Source: Prorocentrum cordatum (Eukaryota). From it: a DNA stretch of 64,000 nucleotides. Under the pieces are notes generated by a model that did no database searches, was not told the DNA's origin, and worked only from the letters and a program-made list of their open reading frames with translations. Below are positions 23,025 to 33,389 of the stretch, in pieces. Every line of letters begins with the position of its first letter. The first letter of the stretch is position 1. A program made the position numbers and the translations under genes. The stretch spans positions 1-64,000 of the forward strand of contig CAUYUJ010000087.1 in assembly GCA_963575745.1 (NCBI GenBank), given 5' to 3'.

Positions 23025-24890
23025 ATTCGGCACACCCCTCACACGCTTCGTGGCCCCATAGGGAACTCCACCAAAGGCCTCAGTGGCAGCGCCCGCATAC
23101 AGTTCCACCCCCCTTTCGCTGCACCCCTCATAATGATAGGCTGCGAACCCCGCAAACGTGTTCGCACAACCTCACATCACGAAAACTTGTTTGGTTTTCG
23201 CGATGCGAGCACTGAGTTTAAATCCCACCCCAGCGTGCATCCTCCAGCACCAATTGATTCTGAACCAGATCTGGATCACACCAGGCATACAATGTGTCAC
23301 TGACCATTTTTGCATATTCGCCTGTTCCAAGAGGCATACCGTGACAGACGCAGATTGCTTTTTGGCAAAATTTTCATCGCACAGAGGATAATCGGTTCAT
23401 TTCGCGGGTAAAAAATCGTTGCCCCATAGGGAACTCCACCGAAGGCCCCCAATGGCAGCGCCCACATGCGGTTCCATTTTCCATGTCGGCACACCACTCA
23501 CACGTTTCGTGGCCCCACAGGGAACTCCACCGAAGTCCCCAGCGGCAGCGACAGCAAGCAGTTCCACCCCCATTTCGGCACACCCCTTAAACGTTTCATG
23601 GTCTCGATGGGAGCCCCACCGAAGGCCCCAATGGCATCGCCCGCGCAGTTCCACCCTCCTTGTCGGCACACCCTTCACACGTGTCGTGGCCCCAGGTGGA
23701 GCTCCACCGAAGGCCTCACTGGCAGCGCCCATATGCCGTACCCCCATGTCGGTGCACCCCACACACGTTTCGTGGCCACAGAGGGAGCAGCACCGAAGGC
23801 CCCAGTGGCAGCGCCTGCATGCAGTTCCACCCCCGTGGCTCCATAGGGAGATCCACCGAAGGCCCTGTGGCAGCGCCAGCGTAGAGTTCCACCCCCATGT
23901 CGGTGCACCTTTCACACGCTTCGTGGCCCCATGGGGAGCTCCACCGAAGGCCCCAGTGGCAGCGCCTGCATGCAGTCCCACCCCCAGGTCGGCACACCCG
24001 TCACACGTTTCGCGCCCGCCATGTCGACGCACCGTTCACACGGTTCGTGGCCCCATATGGGAGCCCCACCGAAGGCTTCATTGACAGCGCCCACATGTTG
24101 TTCCACCTTGCAGTTTGGCACATGTCGTACACGTGTTGTGGAACCATAGGGAGGTCCACCGAAGGCCCCATTGGCAGCGCCCGCATGCAGTTCGCCCCCA
24201 TGTCCGCCCACCTTTTACACGTTTCGTGGCCTCCTGGGGCGTTCCACATAAGGCCCCAGTGGCAGCGCCCGCACGCAGTTCCACCCTCCGGTTCGGCACA
24301 CCCTTCGCATGTGCCGTGGCTTCATAGGAGCTCCACCGAAGACCCCAGTGGCCACCCACATGCAGTTCCACCCCCATTTCGGCACACCGTTTACACGCTT
24401 CGTGGCCTTATAGGGAGTTCCACTAAAGGCCCCAGTGGATGCGCCCGCATGCAGTTCCACCCCTATGGTCCCATAGGGAGCTCTACCCAAGGCCCCAGCG
24501 GCAGCGCCAATATCAGTGCATCCCTCGGACGCTTCACGACCCCATAGGGAGCTCCACCGAAGGCCCCAGTGGCAAGCCCCGCACGTGGTTCCACCCTCCA
24601 TGTCGATCCCCCTCACACGTTCCGTGGCCCGATAAGGCTATGCATTAGGGAGCTCCACCTAAGGCTCCAGGGACAGCGCCCGCATGCGGTCCCACTCGCT
24701 ATGTCGGCACACTTCGCACACGCTCCGTGGCCCCATAGGGGGGCTCCACCGAAGGCCACAGTAGCCCTTGTTGCTGGCCCCCCTCCGATGTGTTCCCCCC
24801 GCGATGCTCGAAGGTCTCACTGCACCCGCCAGATTTCAGCACACAGCTTGCGCGCTCCGTGGCCCCATAAGGAGATCCACCGAAGATGGT
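23025..24890. repeat. ~88-90-bp satellite (family B), about 18 copies, interrupted at ~23110-23415
   Basis: CGTGGCCCCATAGGGAGCTCCACCGAAGGCCCCAGTGGCAGCGCCCGCATGCAGTTCCACCCC recurring. Confidence 0.92.
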
Positions 24891-24949
24891 CACGACAACG
24901 GCACTCACAACTGCATATGGTTGGGCCCTCCGCCAGGCGAATGTTGACT

Positions 24950-25765
24950 TCTTCGGAGCGCTCGCGGGAGCCTCTGGAGGACATGTTTGGGGCATGTTCG
25001 GGGGCATCTGCGGAGCCTCTTGGGGGACTTCTGGGATTTCCTGGAGGCCTCTTGGGGGCGTCTTGGGGCCTCTTGGGCGTCTCTTGGGGGCCTCTATGGG
25101 CCTTCCGAGGAGTTCCTGGTGGCCGAAAGATCTGAATATCCCTTCGGGTCCCCCGTCTAGGCCCCTTCTTGGAGCCGTCTTGGGGGGGGCTTGGGCCGTC
25201 TTGGAGACGTCTTGGGCCGTCTTGACGGTTCTGGGGGCCATTATGATGCCCTTTTGGAGGCCTTTTGGGCCGTCCTGTGGCGGTCTTAAGATTTTCTTGG
25301 GCCGTATTGGAGCGTCGGGAAGCCGAAAAGGCGAGAACGCAAAAATCTGCCAAACAATTGTTTTAACCTTTCCCCCGCAAAAAGCAAAAAAAGTGTGTGC
25401 TTTGCCTCTACAAGAAATATCCACGCATTTCGCCTCTTGGGGCCTTCTTGGGAGGCCTCTTGGGGCGTCGTGGGGGCATCTGCGGCCGTCTGGAGGCCAT
25501 CTTGGGCGTCTTGGACCGATCGTTCTTCGACTCGGGACCGTATTCGACCGTCTTCGGGGCCCTTTTGGAGTCCTCTTGGCCCGTTTCGGGGCTCCCTTGG
25601 CGTCCCGAAAGCCCAGGCGACACACCCCAAGAGGGCGCAGTGGCGCCCGGGAGCGCCTGGGAAACCAGGGGTCCAGGCCTTTCAAGAACCACAAGCCCTC
25701 TACCTCGCAGAGCTGCATGAGCCTTGGGGCACTCCACGACGTGCCAAAAGCACGGCGGCGGACGT
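24950..25765 (+). repeat. Family D repeat with 3' stem-loop
   Basis: CCTCTTGGG units, GAGCGTCGGGAAGCCGAAAAGGC block, terminal CGTGC-CAAAA-GCACG-GCGGCGGA. Confidence 0.8.
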
Positions 25766-25819
25766 CCACTTGTTCTGGCCACGCGTTGCGCAAAGGCCGG
25801 GTACGTCGCCCGGGTAATG

Positions 25820-26340
25820 GTTATAGCGTGTCCTATTACTCCATGTCGGAAGCATTGTGATTTGCATGTGTTTGGTTCGAAGGCGCCTTCTTGGAAACAT
25901 TGTGTTGTCATTACATAGCAACCTGTCTCCAGGACCCCATTTAGCGGTCACAAAGTATGACGACACCGCAGAATCCCTCTTTGCCTCGGGGCGTTCCGTC
26001 CTGTTTCTCCCCCACATGTCTGATGGCGCAGTATCGAATACGCAGTGTTCTTGTTGCGTTTCCCATTGCACCTTAACAGAAGAGTTACAGAGTCATTGTG
26101 TGTGTTAGCTTGCGCCAGAATCAGAAACGTGGTGCGTTCGGCATTGTGTGCGAAGGTACAGTTTTGGAAGCGCCGTGATGCTAATTGTGGGTTCATTGTG
26201 GTCACTCCTTGTTGTTTCCGATGGCGGATTATCGAATACCTTTTGCTATACAATATGTCTGGTGGCGCTCTTTCGGAAACGTTGTGTTTTAGTGCGTTGC
26301 CAGCGCCAAATTCCGACGCACCCTTCCGGATGGAATCCCG
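25820..26340. repeat. More decayed family E satellite
   Basis: TTTCCGATGGCG..ATCGAA and TCTGATGGCGCAGTATCGAA units. Confidence 0.55.
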
Positions 26341-26414
26341 AGGTAGTCAGGCAGAGATTATTGTTATTGTGTTTGGAAGTGTTGGTCTTTGGCCCATGAG
26401 GGACTCCCGTGCCC

Positions 26415-26620
26415 CACACAAACACACACACACACACACACACACACGCATGTGTTGTTGTTATTTTCCGACCAGCTGGCCCAACGCAGCGGGTTCTAGG
26501 GTGGGACACGCCTAGATCAATTACCATCGAGCCTTTGTTGGTCGATGGTCAGGACATGGTTGAAGCGTGCACACACGCACACACACACACACACACACAG
26601 ACACACACACACACACACAA

Positions 26621-26677
<57 letters not shown>
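26415..26677. repeat. Two (CA)n microsatellites
   Basis: Runs at about 26415-26450 and 26570-26677. Confidence 0.95.
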
Positions 26678-26680
<3 letters not shown>

Positions 26681-26915
26681 TTCCGAGGGACGTACCAGGA
26701 GACCTGTCTAGGGACGTTTGCGGACGTGCTTGGGGGAAGTATCAGGGCACGTGCCAGGGAACGTGTCAGGGGACGCGCCAGGGGACGCATCAGGGGGCAT
26801 GTTTGGGGGGGGGGGGGCGTGTCAATCGGCGTGTCTAGGGATGGTTATTCATTCATTGTCGGGTGTTTTGCTGGAATCCCTCACGGATGTTCTCAATGCG
26901 TATGAAGGGTCCCAG

Positions 26916-27290
26916 GGCGCTTTGAGGAGGAAGAGGAGGGTTCCGACCACCCAGAGGCCGTCATCTCCCACGAGAGCGGCAGTGGGGCGTGGCAGTTGGG
27001 CAAGTCAGCGGCACCACCAGGGCTGCGCTTCGATCACTTCGACGCACGCGACGGCGCGGCGTTGGTGGACTTCTCAGCGGGGGGGCCATGCCAACGCCAG
27101 GCCCTCGACGTACCGAAACGGGGCTTTTCGGAGCCTAGACGCGGGAAGTGCGCGTTCGTTCAGAAAGCAGCCAGCGCCATCGCGTCAGCAGACCACGCCT
27201 TGGGCACGGCGCACGACGAGGAGCCTTTCAGCATGGACCCAGACTGCAACGTCAGTTATTTCCCAGGCATCGAGTCTTGCTGCATGACTG
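26916..27290 (+). CDS. Candidate host exon (phase 1-1), possibly of the Mei2-like gene
   Basis: CCCAG|G acceptor, non-repetitive open frame RFEEEEEGSDHPEAV..AAPPGLRF..CMT, G|GT donor. Confidence 0.35.
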
Positions 27291-27369
27291 GTGGGGAGCG
27301 TGAGTTTCTGGTCGGGATCGCGCTGCCAGAGCCACAGGCCCCCCGCCTTCGCTGCCAGAGGGGGGGTCA

Positions 27370-29640
27370 GGGAGGAGGAGGAGGAGGACGAGAAGGAGGG
27401 AAGGAGAAGGGGAGGCGGGAGGAACGAGGAGCGAGGAGCGAGGAGGGAAGGAGGAGGATTACGACCAGTGTCAGCCCAAGACCCATCAACGATATTGCAA
27501 TGGACTTTTCCTCCAAGCTCCCTCTTCACAGGGCCCTACAAGGGTTCGTCTTCAGTGAAGGAAGTTCCCCGTTGGAATACAACCGTGCGACAACCTTGAC
27601 TTGTAACAGAACACGGTTCGTGGGGCTTCAACGCCGTGAATATGTGCGACGAGCTTGAATCGTTCCAGGACGCACTTCTTGGGACTTCAACACCACAAAT
27701 CAACGTAAGCGTTGCGCCCTGGCAGTTTGACATCGTGTCGAAACACCATGTCGTTGACGCTAACCATGAGGATCTTTGAAACTGCTGCAACCTCTGAAAA
27801 CGAAAGCACGCCGCGCGAAGGCGAGAGCCACATGTTGAAGAGGAGCCGCCCTCCATCCGCGAAACTCTTGCAATGGTTTAAGACGAACGCGCGCGGCGCT
27901 AAGGCGAAAGCAACAGTTCGAAACTGAACAGCCATCCACCCGTGAAGATCCTGCAATCGTTTAAGACGAATGTGCGCGGCGTTAAGGCGAGAGCCACACT
28001 TCGACAAGGAGCCGCCTTCAATCCGTAAAACAACTTGACTAGTTGTCATACGAATGCGCTCAGCGCTGAGGCGAGAGCCCCATTTTGAAAAAACGGCCCG
28101 CCCTCCGTCTGCGAAGCCCTTGCTAAGTTTGAAGATGGATGCGCGCGGCGTTAAGGTCGGAGCTACGTTTTCAAATCGACCCGCACTCCACCCGCGGAAC
28201 TGCTGCACAGTCGGAGCCCCAGGACCGAAAATGGTGAGGCAGCTTCAGGATAAATGCCCCGCACGCCCTTTCGACCGGCTTCGGTGTGCGACAATGCGGA
28301 GATGCTTATATGGACAAGGAATGGAGGAGGAGGAAGAGGAGGAGGAGGAGGAGGAGGGGGAAGACCAGTGCAAACCAAAGATTCATCAAAGATGTTGGAA
28401 GAAACCCTCCCTCCAAATTCCCTCTGCACAGGCAGTTACGAGGATTCATTTCCACTGATGGAAGTGCCCCGTTGGGAAACAACTGCTTGAAGACCCTGAA
28501 GCGTACCAACACTCCGTTCCGGGATTCCAACGCCACGAATCCACCTGATTGTTGTGCATTGACGATTCTGAATCGTGCGAGAACGCAATTCCTGGGATTT
28601 CAACATCGCGAATCAGCGTAACGTCTGCGCCCTGGCAACCTCGAGTCTCTCTTGAATATATTTCTGGTACGTTAACCGTGGGATTCCGTGAAACTCTTGC
28701 ACACGTTTCAGGCGAATGTGTGCGGCGCTAAAGCGAGACTCACATGTTGAAAAGGAACCGCCCGCAATCCGCAAAATTCTTGAAATTCTGCCAAAATGAT
28801 TGTGCGTGGCTCTGGGGCGACGGCCACATTTTGAAAACGACCCGCCCTCTATTTTTGAAAGACTGACGCGCACGGCGCTAAGGCGATAGCCACAGTTTGA
28901 AATCGGTCCGCCCCCCACACGTGAAACCGCTGCAAATTCTGAGCTTCGGGATCGTAAAGCGTGAGGAATTCTCAGGCGAAACACTTGGCCTGCCCTTTCG
29001 ACCAGCCTCGGGGCGCGACAGGGAGAAGCTATTTGAGGAGGAGGGGAGAGAAAGAGAGAGAGAGGGAGGAGGAAAGGAGGGAGGGCGGTAGGGAAGGAGG
29101 GAGGGAGGAGAGGGAGGAGGAGGAGGAAGAATAAGAGGAGGAGGACCAGTATAAACCCAAGATTCATCAACGATGTTGGAAGAAATCGTGGTTCCAAGCT
29201 CCCACCTACCAGAATTAATTTTCCACTGGTGCCCCGTTGGGAGACAACCATTTGAAGATCCTGAAGCGTGCCAAAACACCACTCTCGGGACTCCAACGCC
29301 ACGAATCAATCCGACTGTTGCGTCTTGATGATCCTGAATCGTGCCCGAACGCCATTCCTGGGACTTCAACACCACCAATCAACGAAACTGTTGCGCCTTG
29401 GCAATCCTTAATCGCTCCAGAACATAATTTCTGGTACGCTAACCATGAGGATCCTTAAAACTTCTACACGTGTTGAGCACGAATGCGTGCGGCGCCCCAG
29501 GCGAGAGCCACATGTTGAAAAGGAATTGCCCTCATCCCGCGAAACTCTTGCAAGATGATCAAGACGTATGCGCGCGACACTAAAGCGACAGCCATACTTT
29601 AAAAACGGCCCGCCTCAATCCGTGAAACGGTTGCATGTTT
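27370..29640 (+). repeat. ~0.8-0.9 kb tandem macro-repeat (family C), about 3 units
   Basis: Purine tract followed by AAGA(T/C)(T/C)CATCAA(C/A)GATRTTG near 27480, 28380 and 29160; internal ~90-bp subunits GCGCGGCGCTAAGGCGAGAGCCACA. Confidence 0.85.
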
Positions 29641-29719
29641 CCCAACCCTCTTGCGTTGGGTCCTCGTTTTGAATCGAGCACCGGTCGCGTCCTTTTTTCC
29701 AGCCTCCCTCCCACCTCCC

Positions 29720-30262
29720 GCCTGGAGGGTTGCGATCTACGAAATTCTCGCCACTTTCGAAGGCTGCTTGGGATGGGCAGCACAGTGCCGCCCCACGCAG
29801 ATTCAGATTAGACCTCGCCATCCCTGGGGAGGCTGCAATCCGCGAAACCGTCGCCACATTCGAAGGCTGCTGGGAGGTGCAGCGGAGCAGACCGACATTC
29901 GACCTCGCCATCCTGGGGGGGGGCTGCGATCGGCGAAACCGTCGCCACTTTCGAGAGCTCCTGGGGGGCCCAGCGCAGCGACACCCCACGCCGACCGTAA
30001 CTATACCTCGACACCCCTGGCGGGGGGGGGATTACGAAACAGTCAACACTTTCGAGGACTGCTGAGGGGGGGCAGCACAATGACGCCCCACGCGAACTCA
30101 TACTAAACCTCGCCATCCTTGGGGGGGGGCTTTGATCTGCAAAACTGCCGCCACTTTCGAGGGCTGCTGGGGGGGCAGCACAGTGACGCCCGCCCCAGAC
30201 TCAGACTTTACCTCGCCACCCCCGGGGGGCGAAACTGTCGCCATTTTCGAGGGCTGCTGAGG
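29720..30262. repeat. Family A satellite, about 5 copies
   Basis: Same unit as 20834-22145. Confidence 0.85.
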
Positions 30263-30590
30263 TCCGACTCGGCCAGGTCCAACTCGGCCGGTCGAGCTCG
30301 TCCGGTCGAACTCGGCCTGGTCGAACTCGGCCAGGTCGAATTCGGCACGGGCTGGACTCGGCCAGGGCCGACTCGGCCAGGTCCGACTCGGCCTGTCGAG
30401 CTCGGCAAGGTTCAACTCGGCCAGCGCCCTGGCTGTAGCGCTGCAGCCGGGGACGACATGCTAACCAATCTCGGCCAGGTCGAACTCGACCAGGTCCAAC
30501 TCGGCCGGGTCCAATTTGGCCAGGTCGAACTCGGCCGGGCCCAATCCGGGCAGGTCAATTCGGCCGGGTCGAACTCGGCTGGTCGAGTCG
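30263..30590. repeat. 15-bp minisatellite (AACTCGGCCAGGTCG)n
   Basis: Direct reading. Confidence 0.9.
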
Positions 30591-31428
30591 TCGGCATGGT
30601 CGTCGTCGTCGTCATGCAGATATTTCTCGGCGCCCCGACATTTCCTCGCTCGCTACGCACATGGGCCGTGGTGAAGACACGAAGGTGTTTCAAAATTGTA
30701 CCGATACTGTGTGATTTTCGTGTGTTCAGGGCCTCTCCACCCTGCGTCTCGTGCTGTTTGTTGGCGGCTTCGCTGTTTCGTTTACCTGCCCGTACTGGGC
30801 TTCGCCCGCGCCCGTGGGTGCGCAGGCGCCGCGCCCTGGCAGCTGCCACGGTCCCCGCCGGCGGGGCTGGCCGCGCCAGCTCATTTAGCGATGAGACCCG
30901 TCCGGCCCTGAGTGGCCCCTCGGTTTTCCTTCCCCTCTGCGGCCGCCCTGTTCTGTTCTCCTCTCGCGCATGCTGGTCAATTCGCTACAACGGTGCGCCC
31001 CCGTTTAGGCTGTTCGCTGGCGCTGAGGCCTCAGCCTCGCCGCCGAAGAGTGTGTTCAGGGCATTTGCGGCCTGGCCCTGCTCCAAATTTCCTGAGGCGT
31101 CTTGGCCACATCTCCAGTTGCAGTCGGGGCGTCTTCATTGCTCCTTGGGGCGTGTTGCCGCTTCTGGGCAGCTTTTTCAGGGCGTCTGGGGGTTGCCTGT
31201 CGCGAGCGGCCGCCGATCCGGTGCTTCCTACAAGGGTTCCTTCCTACAAGGGAGGATGGCCTTCAGGCCGCGGCCCAATGCATTCTCACGACGGATCGTG
31301 GCTCTCCGTTGTATTCCTACCCCTGATGGGCCCCGGAACGCGGGGGGACCTGAGAAATGTCATAATCTCGGCGGATATGCTTCTTGTTTTGTGGCCACCC
31401 CCGCTTTTTGACCACCCCCAAGAACCAG

Positions 31429-31497
31429 GTGATGTCACTGGTGGTTCCACTGCTTCTGTGATGGCGGGGACGACCGACTGGATTTTTGTCCCTGAAG
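31429..31497 (+). CDS. Candidate 69-nt host exon (phase 1-1)
   Basis: CCAG|GT acceptor, DVTGGSTASVMAGTTDWIFVPE, AAG|GC donor. Confidence 0.3.
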
Positions 31498-31603
31498 GCG
31501 CGCGGCTCCGAGGTTCAAGGTGAATCCAGGCGCGGCGATGACGGCGCTCGCGGAGAATCGCATACGGCTCAACGATTCTCAACGCTTCGCGTATCTCCAC
31601 AGG

Positions 31604-31641
31604 TCCGTAGCCCCCTCTGGCTCAAGCCGCTCTGGCTCGAG
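31604..31641 (+). other. Relict dinoflagellate spliced leader plus one truncated tandem relict
   Basis: TCCGTAGCCCCCTCTGGCTCAAG-CCGCTCTGGCTCGAG versus canonical DCCGTAGCCATTTTGGCTCAAG and relict CCATTTTGGCTCAAG. Confidence 0.8.
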
Positions 31642-33380
31642 GTTGGTCGGCGCGACCTGGGTCCGCTGCCTCCGGGGCCGGCCGGATGGAGCCGCCCTGG
31701 GCGCGGCGGCGGCTGCGCCGCGCCGCCGGCCCACCGGCGCCCGCGCCGCTCCAGCGCCGCCCCCTGGCCAGCCGCCCGCTGGGTGGGCCGCCGGCCCTGC
31801 GGCCGCTGACGCTGGCTTGGCCGGCGACCGCTCGCGGCGCCTGCCCTCCGGGCGGGCCGCCGCTGGCGCGGCCGCCGCCGCCGCCGCCGCCTCCGGCGGC
31901 GCGGCCCTGCCGCTGCCGCTGCCGCCTGCCCGGCCGCCGCTGCCGCGGCCGCCTGCGGCGCTGCCCTGGACCCCGCGGAGGCCGCGGCGGCCGCCGGCCT
32001 CTGGCTGGCCGTCGCCGCTGGGGCCCGCGCGGCCCTGCTGGCCGCGCGCGCGGCCGCGCCCCATGTTGCCGCGGCCGCCCACTCTGCGGCGGGCGCGGGT
32101 GGCTCCGCGTTGGCGGCGGCAGCAGCGTCGGGCGGCGCCTCGGCCGCTGCGGCCGCGCCGCCGCCCGAGGGCGGCACCCTCTCGGGCCCTGCTTCCGCCG
32201 CCGCCGCCGCCGCCTCCGGCGGCGCGGCCTTGGGCGCAGCAGCCGCCTGCCCGGCCGCCGCTGCTGCTGCCGCCGCCGCCGCCACCGCTGCTGCCGCCGC
32301 CGCCGGCTCCCCTCCGGCGGCGGCGGCGGCGCCGTGGCCGGCGTGGCGGCCGCTGTCGCGGAACCCGCTGCCGCCGCCACTGCTGCCGCCGCTGCCGGCT
32401 CCCCGCCGGCGGCGGCGGCGGCTGGCGCGGTGGCCTGCGCCGCCGCGGCGGCGCGTGGCTTGCCCGACGGCTTCCCCACGGCCAGCCCTGCGGCCAGCCC
32501 CCCGGCCAGCCCGACTGCCAGCCCACGGCCAGCCCCAAGGCCAGCCTGGCGGCCTGCCCCCCGTGCTGCCCGACTGCCAGCCCCACGGCCCGCCCGACGG
32601 CCAGCCCGCAGGCCCGCCCCGTGGCCAGCCCGACTGCCAGCCCCACGGCCGGCCCCGTGGCTTGCCCTGCGGCCCGCCCCACGGCCAGCCCGACGGCCCG
32701 CCCGACTGCCAGCCCCACGGCCGGTCCCGACTGCCAGCCCGACGGCCAGCCCCGAGGCCAGCCCGACTGCCAGCCCGCGGCCAGCCCGTTGGCCCGCCCC
32801 GTGGCCAGCCCAACTGCCAGCCCCGCGGGCAGCCACACGGCCAGCCCCACGGCCAGCCCAACAGCCAGCCCGACGGCCAGCCCGACTGCCAGCCCCACGG
32901 CCAGCCCCGAGGCCAGCCCCACGGCCAGCCCCACGGCCAGCCGGACGGCTAGCCCCACGGCCAGCCGGACGACCAGCCCGACGGCCAGCCCCGAGGCCGG
33001 CCCGACTGCCAGCTCTGCGGCCGGCCCCACGGCCAGCCCCACGGCCAGCCCGACTGCCAGCCCCACGGCCAGCCCTACGGCCAACACGACTGGCAGCCCC
33101 ACGGCCAGCCCGACGGTCAGCCCGACTGCCAGCCCAACGGCCAGCCCGACTGCCACCCCCACGGCCAGTCCGACGGCCAGCCCGACGGCCAGCCCCGAGG
33201 CCAGCCTGACGACCAGCCCCGCGGCCAGCCCGACTGCCAGCCCGACTGCCTGGCCGGCCGCCAGGCCCACGGCCCGCTTGACGGCCAGCCCGTTGGCCCG
33301 CCCCACGGCCAGCCCCACGGCCAGCCCCACAGCCAGCCCGACGGCGAGCTCGACTGCCAGCCCCACGGCCAGTCCCAGTA
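31642..33380 (+). pseudogene. Retrocopy of an mRNA encoding (PTAS)n mucin-like repeats
   Basis: Follows the SL relicts; 12-bp CCCACGGCCAGC/CCGACTGCCAGC units at 32470-33378; upstream part extremely GC-rich and decayed. Confidence 0.6.
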
Positions 33381-33389
33381 CACTATGAG

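Noticed and set aside
29640..29695. tRNA gene (TCGATTC B-box-like on the minus strand)
   Set aside because: No cloverleaf or A-box could be built; kept only as a short repeat
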